From Octopus sinensis (taxonomy: Eukaryota): 64,000 nucleotides of DNA. The stretch lies in the NCBI RefSeq assembly GCF_006345805.1, contig NC_043006.1, forward strand, positions 5,518,001 to 5,582,000. The letters are read 5' to 3'. Numbering within the stretch: the stretch's first letter is position 1; each line of letters begins with the position of its first letter. A model generated the notes under the pieces. That model did not search any database. It was not told where the DNA came from and saw only the letters and a program-made list of their open reading frames with translations. Both the position numbers and the translations under genes were made by a program. This document shows, one piece after another, positions 51,640-64,000 of the stretch.

Positions 51640-51845
51640 ATTGCTCATCCATATTGATTTTCTTGATTTTCTCCCCTTGATTCACTTGATTTTCTTCCCT
51701 CCATACACACACAAGCATGTATCTGACTCATACACTGTTCACTTTCCAGACATTTCTACATTACTCCATGTACTTTATATGCACTTTCTGACAAGTTGTG
51801 GTGCACCTGAGCACTGTATACAATAATTTCATTATTATATTATAT
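51640..51845 (+). mobile_element. LINE 3' end with GTGCACCTGAGCAC terminal motif
   Basis: Terminal motif plus (ATT)n-like tail shared with 58586 and 60702. Confidence 0.65.
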
Positions 51846-51850
51846 TATAT

Positions 51851-51883
<33 letters not shown>

Positions 51884-52161
51884 TCCGTACAATTTCATCC
51901 AATCAGTAGTTATGGTGTACAATAGATGCACCAGGCAGCAACACTAGTGACAGTTAACGTGATTCACTGAACGCATATATGTTGTGACAAGCAGTTTTGT
52001 TTCATAAATTCGTTAAAATCTGTTCCACTGAGGAAATACAGAAAACAGGGAATTTCAGAAAGAAAGAAAGAATTGCTACAATGAAGGAAGTTGGTAAAAG
52101 TATCCACGAAACCCTCAACAAATGCATGCTGTGGAACAGACCGCAACGGTTTGTATCTCTT

Positions 52162-52397
52162 AAGGCGGCGAGCTGGCAGAGTGGTTAGCACGCCGGGCGG
52201 CGAAATGCTTAGCGGTATTTCGTCTGCCGTTACGTTGTGAGTTCAAATTCCGCCGAGGTCGACTTTGCCTTTCATCCTTTCGGGGTCGATAAATTAAGTA
52301 CCAGTTACGCACTGGGGTCGATGTAATCGACTTAATACCTATGTCTGTCCTTGTTTGTCCCCTCTGTGTTTAGCCCCTTGTGAGTAATAAAGAAATA
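52162..52397 (+). mobile_element. SINE family C monomer
   Basis: 14-bp TSD ggtttgtatctctt at 52148-52161 and 52398-52411. Confidence 0.92.
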
Positions 52398-53220
52398 GGT
52401 TTGTATCTCTTCAAACTAAGGAAATACAACAGAGAATACAGAACATCAGAGAGAAAGGCCTTCATTTTGTTAAACAAGGCACCGCTATTAAATGGAACAA
52501 TTCCAGAGAAAATGTCAGCAACATTAAGTTCCAATACTTTATATTCTGACTTCAAACTATGCCGAGGATAACCTTTCTTCACTCGGATCGATAAAAATAA
52601 AATACTAATTAAATGCTGATATCGTTGTATATATCTGTAATGAATGCTTTGTGTGTATAGAGATGACGATAATACTCACGTTTCATATTCGGTGGAGCGT
52701 GGATCTGCAGAACAAGGTACCGCTTCTTAGATCCTATGGGGACTGCGAATTCTTATTGCAAACATATTGATAAAAATATGCAAATTACAAAACCATTTGA
52801 GGCATAGATTAGATCAATTAAAGTCAAATAATTTTAAAGCTGGGGTTACGATACATACATATATATATACACACACACACACACATACGGGTAGATAGAT
52901 AGACTCATATTTATTTTTCAAGCATCCAAAATGACAAGACCCCTTTGTCACAAGAATTGATTACTTCACAATGTCCCTTGAAAAGCTAATTTAAATAGCG
53001 AAAGCCTGTTGGATATCATGAGATCCAGAAAATATGTATATATTTTTTTAAAATTTCTTCATAAAAACATATTGAACTGTGAAACGAAGGCGTTTCTCTT
53101 CCACTTTTTATGTTTTCCACATATTTTCAACTCGTACTTTTGCCACGTTATGTATACTGAATCTCCAGTATTTTTGCTCCTTTTATATATATATATTTCT
53201 ACATATATACATATATACAC

Positions 53221-53298
<78 letters not shown>

Positions 53299-53323
53299 AC
53301 ATATAAACATATACATACATGTG

Positions 53324-54105
53324 TACTCTTTTACTCTTTTACTTGTTTCAGTCATTTGTGAGTGGATTTGGTAGACGGAAACTGAAAGAAGCCCATCGTA
53401 TATATGTGTATATGTGTGCGTGTATGTTTGTGTGTCTTTGCTTGTCCCCCTACCATTGCTTGACAACCGATGCTGGTGTGTTTATGTCCCCGTCACTTAG
53501 CGTTTCGGCAAAAAGAGACCGATAGAATAAGTACTGGGCTTATAAAGAATAAGTCCCGGGGTCGAGTTCGTCGATTAAAGGTGGTGCTCCAGCATGACCG
53601 CAGTCAAATTACTGAAACAAGTAAAAGAGTAAAAAAGTAAGAGTATACATACATATATATATATATTATATATATATATATACATATATAATATATATAT
53701 AATATATATATACACATATATATATATACATACATACATATTATATATATACATGTATACATATAAACATATACATACATGTGTACTCTTTTACTCTTTT
53801 ACTTGTTTCAGTCATTTGTGAGTGGATTTGGTAGACGGAAACTGAAAGAAGCCCATCGTATATATGTGTATATGTGTGCGTGTATGTTTGTGTGTCTTTG
53901 CTTGTCCCCCTACCATTGCTTGACAACCGATGCTGGTGTGTTTATGTCCCCGTCACTTAGCGTTTCGGCAAAAAGAGACCGATAGAATAAGTACTGGGCT
54001 TATAAAGAATAAGTCCCGGGGTCGAGTTCGTCGATTAAAGGTGGTGCTCCAGCATGACCGCAGTCAAATTACTGAAACAAGTAAAAGAGTAAAAAAGTAA
54101 GAGTA
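53324..54105. mobile_element. Rearranged SINE A with an inverted tail at its 5' end, present twice (460-bp period)
   Basis: 53324-53645 and 53784-54105 are essentially identical. Confidence 0.88.
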
Positions 54106-54142
54106 TACATACATATATATATATAGATATATATGTATATAT

Positions 54143-54185
<43 letters not shown>

Positions 54186-54621
54186 TATATATACATACAT
54201 ACATATATATATATATACATACGTATATACATACATATATATATACATATATATGCATGCATATATATATACATATATATACATGCATATATATATACAT
54301 ATATATATATATACATACATATATATATACATATATATACATATATATATATATATACATACGTATATACATACATATATACATACATATATACATACAT
54401 ATATATACATACATACATACATATATATATATATACATACATACATACATGCATATATATATACATGCATATATATATATACATGCATATATATACATAT
54501 ATATATATGTGATAAATAAAAATATATGCATACATACAAACATATATGTACGTACCTACATCTACATGTATATATACATGCATATATAAATAATTATACG
54601 TGAGTACATATATATATATAT

Positions 54622-54654
<33 letters not shown>

Positions 54655-55121
54655 CTGAAATTGTCAGCCTTAACCTCCCAATCACTTTATTATCTCTAAA
54701 CACTATTTTATTTTATTCTTCATTCTATTCTCTGCTTTATAATCTGACTAGTAGAGAGAGGAAATTTCATTTATAGTTGACTTAACTCTGATTATCTTTC
54801 GTCTATGTTTTTATGTATGTATTTTGTATTTTGATTGTAATTGTATTTGTCTGTCACTGTCTCTATGCTTTTAGTTTTGTCTGTAAACTGCTGGGAATGA
54901 AACATCGCTTTCGCTATGCATTATTACACCGAGTGAAATGGCAAGAGTATCTAACAAATGACTTATTCAGATAATTACCCGAGGAGGCGCATTTTACATC
55001 TTGAGTATAACATAATGGTTGCATAACTTTTCGCCTATTTACTGAATGTGTAAGTATGTGTTGAAACACTTGTAATGATTTTAAATCAAAGAATGTCGTT
55101 AATTGCGTCTTCAGTCGCTTA

Positions 55122-55425
55122 TCTTTATATATAAAACTGTAGTTGTGGGTGTGTCTGTCTACTCCGATTTAGATTCCTAACTACTCCCACATTTTACGGT
55201 GCAGTTTAACCAAAACCGGGTATCTTATAGTCGTGATTCATATAAAGCCCTTCTGAGTATTAGCGCGCGTCTACGATGAGTCTACGATGTTAAAAAAAAA
55301 TTACCATCATTTTTCCGCATTTTTAATCCATTTTTGTTCGGTTTATATAAGGGAAGTAACTCTCTAAAAATGCTTATATACTTATTTCCCTTAAAAACTC
55401 GAGCAACGCCGGGCGATACTGCTAG
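55122..55425 (+). mobile_element. Non-autonomous Helitron
   Basis: A|TC...gagcaacgccgggcgatactgCTAG|T. Confidence 0.85.
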
Positions 55426-55701
55426 TCTATTTATATAATCTCTACGGATACTATGGAATTCCTGATGTATATCCAGTAGCAGGAACGTTTCGACTGTATG
55501 ATCACATCAGAGTGTGCCTGAATGTGAGATATCGTACTGTGTAATTCGCTCAACAATGCTTCAACATTTATATATGTGTGACAACGATATCAATATCCAA
55601 CTTTCTGGTGTCTCCAAGCATTGATAAAATCAGCTAACTCCAGCTAACTGTCCGTATATTAAGATTACAAAAATGTATGTTGAGTATATGTTTTGTATTA
55701 C

Positions 55702-55796
55702 CTTTTGGTAAATGCCATCCTGGACCGTCCTTTGCCATTGCCCATAATACTTCGTTTTCCCCATTTTCACAGACGTAGGTTCCTTGACCGCAGTCC
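55702..55796 (-). CDS. Candidate exon of an unidentified gene
   Basis: Acceptor ttctcttatag, donor AAG|GTAATA; two frames open. Confidence 0.3.
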
Positions 55797-56804
55797 CTAT
55801 AAGAGAAACAATATTTTTCAAACTTACTGAACTCTCGAAGAACCGAATCTAAAACCTTGTTTCTATTTTTACTTGAATCGAAATCATTTCTAACGTCGCT
55901 GATGACCAAATATAAATGTGTCAATACCTTTTGTTTTTTATTGCCTATAAATTATATCGCATAGTACCTAATCAATCTGAATTAATATAGTTAAAATATA
56001 TTGTCAAATTAGGACGAACGGCGGAGAGCAAAATAGTAGCATCCAGCTACCAGACAGCTTAGTAAAATGTCTATGCGTGATGAAACAGTTTACATTGCAA
56101 ATGCTGTGAGGAAAGGGATGAATTTACAATTCCCAATCCCTTATTCAAAATGAAGGGCCTTTGTGACTTGACAGAATAAAACCGTAATCTATCTTTTATG
56201 AATTATAAAGTAAGCTCCAAGCTAACAAAGTCTATGGCTCAGTTGTATCTGTTCCTTTTCACTTACATCACTAATGCTTTTTGAAGGGGAAATCACAAAT
56301 TCATAATCAGTTACTCCAAAAATATCACGTTTTCTCTACCTAAAATAAAAGCAATGGAATATAACATCTGTAAAATCTTTCATAGACACTATAGCAGAGA
56401 CATAAACGCACTAGTTCATTCATTAATGCATTGATTTATTTTGCAAGATATAAGATAGTTATACATTTTTAAAGAAGTGGAAATTGGACGTAGAAACCAA
56501 CGTACCTATATATTGTTAGCAGTGTAGACTATATGGAATGATTTTAACGAATTATGCCTTGCTGGTTAATAACCTCTTGCTTCACACCGGTCAATAGATT
56601 TAAAACGATGTTATCACACAGTTAGTATGCTAGGATATTACCCGCAAAAAAAACTTTATTATTTTAATGCTGAATGCGACAAGCGATGAAATCTTTGTTT
56701 TGACGGCTCTTTGCTTAAAATATAGTTCATATCTGTTTAGTATGAAAAGAGCCAAACGTATTGGGTTTGATGTAATGAAACCGAAAAATCACAGGGTTGG
56801 AACG

Positions 56805-59190
56805 ATCTTCGAGGCGTAAATGAATGGCAGGTCTGCAACCCTTAACCTTCTGGAAGATGATATAAACTCCCTGACCGACAACATCAAGGAATTACTTCAG
56901 GAAATGGCTAGAAATGCTTGGGAGAAAGAAAAAGAAACCATATGTCACTGATGACATCTTAGACCTGTGTGATTTAAGACGAAACCTAAGAAAGACCAAA
57001 TTAACGGGGTCAGGAGGCAAGTCAGATATACAATGTTTTTAATCGGAAGATTGGAAAGAAAATGAAAGAAGCCAAAGCGGAATGGATAGCAGAACAGTGC
57101 AAAGTCATCTAATCTGGGATAAGGAAGAACTACGCCAAGAATGCTTATGAAACCCTCAAAATCCTAATGAAACAAAGAAACACACCACAACTATCATTGA
57201 GGACAAAACAGACCTGCTCCTCACGGATGAGAAGGATTTCATCAAGAGATGGTTGCAACATTGCGAAGACTTTTACAATCACAAACTCAAGCATAACAGC
57301 AACATGACAGAAAATTACAACAACAACAGAAACAGTAAACTTTAGGATACTTCAATTCTTCAGGGAGAAGTTGAAAAGGTCGTGTGCATGCTCAGGGATG
57401 GGAAATATCTAGGAGTGGATAGTATCCCATCAAAGCTTCTAAAACATGGAGAGCCAAAGCTTATCAATGCGCTAACAGTTATCTGTAAAAAGATATGGTA
57501 GACGAAGCAGTTATCAAAGGAATGGACCCAATCACTGATGATACTGATTCCCAAGAAAGACAACACAAGACTGCCAGAAATATAGAACAATCAGCCTAAT
57601 TAGCCATCCCAGCAAATTATTGCTTAGAGTCCCGCTAAACAGACTTAGGGGAAAGAAAAACAGGCAGGGTTTAGGCCCAAAAGGAGTAACATCAAGCAGA
57701 TATGTAACAGACTGCTCACTGAGAAACATCTGCATCACCAACCAGACATTTATTACAAGCGCATTGATTTCAAAAAGGTCTTTGGCTGTGTTTGGCGCGA
57801 TGAGGTGTGGCAGAAGATGAAGAACTACAACTTCGACAATAACTTTATCGAAGTAATCCAAGAACTGTATGAAAACTCAAGAAGTGCAGTTTTCCTGAAC
57901 AACATCGAAGAATTCTTCAAGACAACAATGGATGTTCGGCAAAAGTGTCTCCTTTCTCGAGCGCTTTTCAACATCTTCCTGGAGAACATCATGCCAGAGA
58001 CAATTCAAGGCCTCCACCCTCTTCTGTTTCCATTGAGGATCAGCCCATTTCTAATGATATTGGCCAACTAGGAAGCAGGGAAGCAGTCCGACTGGAGCTC
58101 ACCACTAGACTGGTGAGCATACGGGATGGAGATCAACCCCAAAAAAGAGTAAGATCCTGGTTAATAATAACAATCAAAAGATAGAAACCAACATAGTGCT
58201 GAATAAGAAAGACTTGACGAAGTGTACACCGTCAAGTACTTAGGATCCACTTTGACCAAGAACGGACTTGGCGACAGACTTGGCGACAGACTTGGCGACG
58301 GACTTGGTAAACACCCACAAAGTTGTCAACTACCTCACCAATAACAACAACACTGAACACCTTTTTGATCTCCATGTGTCTAACACACGTGGACATGCCT
58401 ACAAAGTCAGAAAACAACACAGCTCCCATGACTTTCGGAAACATTTTTTCACGCTCAGAGTTGCTGAAGCATGGAACAAACTGCCTGCGTCAGTTGTTGA
58501 CTGCCATGACACTGCATCCTTTAAGGCCCTCATGCTTTCCGAAATCCGCCGAAACTACACCTGATTATATATACACTTTAGATGAGTTGTAGTGCACCTG
58601 AGCACTGTACACAATTATTATTATTATTATTATTTAAATAAACAATATTCAATTTAGCCTCTGCTGCTACGAAGAAGCTGAATACCATAGGGAAAAAGCA
58701 ATTCCATTAGTTTTCCAACAAGGCTCAGAGTGTACAAGTCGCTGGTGACTTCGATCGTTTTGTATGGCTGATAGAGCTAGACTCTTACAGCTGACATCGA
58801 GCGAACAACCTAGGCATTTGAGCACAAGCAATATAGATGGCTGCTACACGTCTCGTGCACAGAGCACAAAACGAACAGCTTCATCAGACATCAAGTTCTC
58901 AAATACGCGGGCAGACAGGAGCCACTTCTTGCACAGATAAAAAGAAAGCTTACCTAGTACGGTCATGCATCTCGCCAGAATTCTCTGTCCCAAACCATTC
59001 TTCAAGGCACAGTTGAAGGAGGGCGAAAGAGAGGCAGGGAAAATCCTGGTTTGATAACATCAAGTACCAGACAGGTTACAACACTGTGAACCTGCTACAC
59101 ATGATAGGGAACAGAGATCAATAGCGATTGCTGACTACAAAAGTGTCTAGAGTAGCCCCCCAACAACTGCTTGCTTCAGTTTAGGGATCT
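56805..59190 (+). mobile_element. Degenerate RTE LINE interrupted by a nested insertion
   Basis: KPYVTDDILDLCDLRR, KSPGVD-like, EWTQSLMILIPKK, FIDFKK.F, YLGSTL, RVYKSLV.SI.LYG motifs with many stops and frameshifts. Confidence 0.88.
58263..58634 (+). mobile_element. CR1-group LINE 3' fragment nested in the RTE
   Basis: TRGHAYKV.K....FRKHFFTLRVAEAWNKLP motif; (ATT)n tail. Confidence 0.88.
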
Positions 59191-59789
59191 TGATGATAAT
59201 GTTCAGTAAACGATAGAAACTCAAAGAAAATCTTAAATATGTTGTAGATAATGAATCATACATTGAAGTTATTTTCTGACTTACCAAACCTGGTTAATAT
59301 GACTGGGATGATCACATATCACTGCACTGATATGACGAATGGTGTGCTTGCGATAGAGCGGTTCATAAGAAACTGGAATTATAAAATGATATATGATTCA
59401 CTGTGTGATCGACCTGTAATACCAGTTAAAGGATTCAGTTCAGTGAATTTAGGAGATTTAGCTAACTTAGATTAATAACGGTTACCTGGATTCAAATGGT
59501 TTTCGTTGCTTTTTTTGTGAACACTGTGTCCTTCGGTTTAATTAACTTCTTGGTGGTATTGAAGTATATTTTCCCTTTTATATTTTCGCTTCTAAATGTG
59601 GTTCTCCGAACTAAAACAGTGCGGTGTATGAATAGCATTTTGTTAAGAGTACTAAATTTATCAATGCAGAGAAAATACTTCCATTATAAGTTTAATGAAA
59701 ATAGGGGGCTTGAAGAATCATTAGAGCGTTGGAAAAACTGATTTCTTGCATTCAGTCTGTCGTTGCCAAAGTTTCCTTTCATCCCGACA

Positions 59790-60068
59790 TGGCCTAGTGG
59801 TTAGAGCAGCGGACTCGCGGTCGAGGGATTGCGGGTTCGAATCTCAGACCGGGCGATGTGTGTGTTTATGAGCGAAACACCTAAGCTCCACGCGGCTGCG
59901 GCAGAAGGTAACAGCGAACTTCTGCTGACTCTTTCGCCACAACTTTCTCTCACTCTTTCCTCCTGCATCTCGGAGCTCACATGCGACAGACCGGCGTCCC
60001 GTCCAGGTGGGGAACCGGAAAACCGGCCCTTATGAGCCAAGCATGGCTCGAGAAGGAACAAACAACAA
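59790..60068 (+). mobile_element. SINE family B, tail type 3
   Basis: B head, then a distinct tail ending ggctcgagaaggaacaaacaacaa. Confidence 0.8.
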
Positions 60069-60639
60069 AGGTCGAGGAAATAAACTACGAGCCAAGTACC
60101 TGGGTCGATATTGCTGGCCTTCTCACTAAATGAGAAACAATTATAGGTTTAACATTTGTATGTTTTTATTAGTTCATCTTAATTATAACACAATACGAGT
60201 TATAGATTTACTTGTAAGTATTCACACATGTATAACGCTTTTCTTTTTGCTCCATGCAAACTTACAGTTCGTTTGCATACCACCGCCACCGGTAGCAACG
60301 ATCCAAAAATCAAATGCGGTGCAGGTTACTCGCCTAAATAGAACGCGTGGGCGCAACAAAAAATTCGAGGGGCTGGTGTTTTCTTCCAGGTTTTGTTTTG
60401 TCATATTTTAAGAAACATCAAAGCCAGTTTCTGAAAGTTGTCAATCTGAACCTTGAGATACTGTTTCCCACATGGTCAACTGAAAATAGTTTACTCAATA
60501 GTAGGCGGTGACAAAAACATACACCCAGTATTCTCTAATATGACAAATGCTGGACACATTTCTTATTAAGAAGTATTATAGTCAAACCACTTGAAATAGG
60601 TTTTATTTGAAATGCACTTAGTTATTTCGATGATATTGT

Positions 60640-60748
60640 GGTGATGTTGTTTCGATGATGTTGAGGTGCACCTGAGCACTGTTGTGGTGCACCTGAGCAC
60701 CGTTGTGGTGCACCTGAGCACTGTATACAATAATTTCATTATTATATT
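60640..60748 (+). repeat. Triplicated 21-nt LINE terminal motif
   Basis: gttg(a/t)ggtgcacctgagcac(t/c) x3 at 60660-60722. Confidence 0.85.
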
Positions 60749-61833
60749 AATGTAAAGATAAAGAAATTTAAATTGAAGTATAGTAGATCGCTGAAAGTGA
60801 AGTGAAAACAGAGTATTTTATTATCACAAGTACACCTGTCGCTAGTTCAAACTTAAATTAGTTTTATGTTGAATTCCGGTAAATATGAAACGTATACTCA
60901 CTTATGTATTGGTGAGGATCCACGGGAGCCGTATTACACAAAAGAGATCGATTCTGAAACGAGTCCAAGTGTGTAGATTAACGAAACTATGCAGTTGTGA
61001 TCGATCAAATGTGTACTGATAACGAAATAAAAATCTCACCTGCTGTGATTTGAACTTAAAGTTCGGAGATTATACATCAAATATTCATGTTACTTTAATG
61101 TCCTAAAAATGTTAACAAGTCCATCACCACATTATGTAAATTTGCTACGTTCATGTTATAAATGTGCTAGACCGATGCTGTGGTTGTCCTAAAAGCAGGG
61201 GGAAGGCTACAGTCGGGAGAGACGGTACATACTTGTGACACTCTCCAAATTTTTTCGACTATTGTAAGACCATAAATGGGAGGTAGATTGTGGAACAGTC
61301 ATCACTTTCTCGAAGAATACATTCCATAAACTAAGTAAAATATCAAAAGCCAGGAAGGAAAAAAACCGCACTAGACTCATATTCTTAGACCAGTGCTTAC
61401 CGAGCTATTTGCCAGGTACGCCCGCTACTTGTTTTATCCATCTTAGAGGAATGAAATCTGGATTTGAACTCAAGACATAAAAAAAAACCTAGCTAAATAC
61501 GCAAGTGTTTTGTTGTGGAGCCCTCAACCAATTTTGCCATCGATTCAATAAAAAGTAGAACCATACTTGAAAGGAAATTCTAAAGAATTTACCAAGTAGC
61601 CTAGTTTCAGCTGATAATTGCATTGCTAACATGATCCATGAGAAGTTTACTGTCGAATGATGATTGAAAGATTTACTTCATATTCATTGCTTTCTTGAAG
61701 AACATTAATCAGAATATATTTAATTTTATAATATATTTATTTATATTTACTATTATTATATATTTATATGTCGACTATCATTATATATTTACTATATTTA
61801 CTATTGTTATAATATATATTTATATATTTTATA

Positions 61834-62039
61834 CGAAGGTGTACTGAAAAGTTCCTAGCTTTAAAGATATCGCGAAGGCTTCGTTGGAGACCCACCCTTC
61901 TGAGTTCTTTACAAAAGATTAGAAAAACTGAAGGGCAGCTGCTATAAGTGTGTGTGTCTGAGAGGGGAACGTTTTTAAATAAAATCATTATTAACTGATC
62001 CCTCCGTAATTTCTTTTACTCAACACCAGGGACTTTTAC
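61834..62039 (+). mobile_element. Mariner-type non-autonomous remnant
   Basis: TA|CGAAGGTGTACTGAAAAGTTCC TIR-like start; partial caacaccagggactttt end. Confidence 0.55.
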
Positions 62040-62414
62040 TATATTTACATTGATTATATCTTTATGTATTTACTACTATAGTATTTTTTTTATTATTAGT
62101 TCTGTTACATCACCAGGGATTCCATCTATGGATTCATTTGCAATGAATTCTAACTTCTAATTTCCTGGTAATGAATTCTATCTTAAGATATTCCTGTAAA
62201 CATCGTTTCCTTTATTCATCCTTTTTCGTGTTATCATCTAAAAAAAGATATTATAAACTTATGTCACAGTACATAGAGCAGCATAATACAGAATTAGTAT
62301 TCAAAGTTTAGGAAATGAAGATTACATCTGTGACCTTTGAAGAGCAATATGTGGGTGATAAACGTGCATGAAATGAGCTGGAGTCATACCCGTAGATGTA
62401 GTTTTGGATCTTTT

Positions 62415-62774
62415 CACTTTGACCGGCAGATTTTAAAAATAATTTTTTGTAACCAAACACTTTTAAACTTTGTATACTGGTAGAATGTGTCACATAAAAT
62501 ATCTTTTTCTCTTGGCGTTCTTGAGAAAATTCTGTAGTTTGTAAACTATTTGTTGTTAAATTTCAGCAGTAATTGTATTCACCTCAATAGACGTCATTGA
62601 TTGATTGAAATTGCCGAAATACGAGAAATTTAACAACAAATAGTTTACAAACTACAGAATTTTCCCAAGAACGCTAAGAGAAAAAGATGTTTTATGTGAT
62701 TCATTCTACCAGTATACGAAGTTTTAAAATGTTTAGTTACAAAAAATTATTTTTAAAATCTGCCGGTCAAAGTG
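62415..62774. repeat. Fold-back element, 150-bp arms with a 60-bp spacer
   Basis: cactttgaccggcagatttt ... aaaatctgccggtcaaagtg. Confidence 0.88.
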
Positions 62775-63141
62775 GATCCATAGTTTTCCTAGGACACCTG
62801 CAGACGATACGAAAAATATTATATACAGCTTCAAAATCTCATGGAAATCTTCAATGCAACATACAGGATGAAAAAACTTTTGGAGTAAATACCATATTAG
62901 GACCTTCATACACAGAAACCTAGTCGGAGATCAAGTTAAGTAAATGAGGCATCGTTTTATGATCACACTGGTAGCCGGCCACACTGTACATACAACTGGT
63001 GAGATGGGTTTTTTTGAACAGCACTAACAAACCTGCCTATTCATCAAATATCAATGTTGATCATGGCCCTCTAGCATGGCTGCAGCCCATTCACAGAAAC
63101 ACGCAAAAGCATAACGGAAGAATATATATATAAGAACTTAC

Positions 63142-63249
63142 ACCGTCCCAGGCAGAATTCGGTATGTTTATGTCAATTATTTTGGTATCTGCAAAAGTCG
63201 TCACAATACAACACAAACTCAACCACAGAAAAACGATGCTGATCACCAT
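63142..63249 (-). CDS. Candidate first coding exon encoding a signal-peptide-like N-terminus
   Basis: ATG 63249, MVISIVFLWLSLCCIVTTFA-DTKIIDINIPNSAWDG, consensus donor GGT|GTAAGT. Confidence 0.4.
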
Positions 63250-63936
63250 TGTTAGAGTCGGTAATTCTACTGATATTTTTGATTGCGCCAAATATTATGT
63301 ATGTATTTATATATATATATATATCGGTCGGTCAAAATATTTCAAATTAAACCGCAAAATAATATAAGGCGTGTTCACGTTATTAAGCTGCGTAGATATA
63401 ATACTTGCTTACTTTTGATCAAATTACCGGTTATTTAAACGAATTAAATGCCTCCTTCAGACATTCCTTTGTCACCTTATGCTGTTAAGCCTGAGATCGA
63501 GGTTTTGTCAATATCTTTATTAAACACGTCCTAATACAAAGACAGACTTTTCTTTAAATCATATCTTCGTTTTATTTTTTATCTAAATGTGCTTTATGTA
63601 ACGTTGAATAAATAGTTATGAACGTACACAAATAAAGAATTAAAATAACCATTCAAATCCATAACAAAGCCTTATGTATGTAAAGCATGTCCCAGCCATT
63701 ATATTTCACCATCATTACATTTGGTTTCTAGTTTTCAAATTACTTGGTATTGCAAATATGTTTACTCTAAAAATGTTTTATTTAAAAAGCAGAGAATGGC
63801 TTATTTTTCCGATTTTCTTCTATTCAAATTTCTTAATTTTATTTACCAATATCTTTGTAGTTAAACTAGTTTATTTTTCAGATTCTTTTAGTTAAGTGTC
63901 ATCATCATCATTATTATCATTAACTGAAGCAGTTTA

Positions 63937-64000
63937 AGGCGGCGAGCTGGCAGAACCGTTAGCACGCCGGGCGAAATGCTTAGCCGTATTTCGTCTGTCG
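63937..64000 (+). mobile_element. SINE family C head, cut off by the window end
   Basis: aggcggcgagctggcagaaccgttagcacgccggg. Confidence 0.85.

Overview
AT-rich, repeat-dense eukaryotic genomic DNA. The SINE, LINE and microsatellite content looks like a coleoid cephalopod, probably Octopus (inferred, not verified). One gene is well supported: a minus-strand polypeptide N-acetylgalactosaminyltransferase (GALNT family) with seven phase-consistent GT-AG coding exons from ATG 21823 down to 160. Its lectin-domain exons lie off the left edge of the window. The rest is mostly mobile DNA: four tRNA-derived or RTE-tailed SINE families (called A, B, C and E here), CR1/L2-group and RTE LINE fragments, a Penelope RT fragment, mariner and maT remnants, Tigger-like MITEs, non-autonomous Helitrons, several fold-back palindromes and large microsatellite blocks. 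Four observations stand out. (1) SINE C forms one-head, three-body concatemers with a 184-bp period, flanked by single target-site duplications (TSDs). (2) SINE A and two different CR1-group LINEs share a 3' stem-loop with compensatory changes. (3) Several candidate minus-strand exons lie upstream of GALNT, including a signal-peptide-like exon and an in-frame spliced SPRY-like pair. (4) SINE-mediated tandem duplications are present. No CRISPR, rRNA or genuine tRNA genes were seen. All homology calls come from motif recognition by eye, not database searches.
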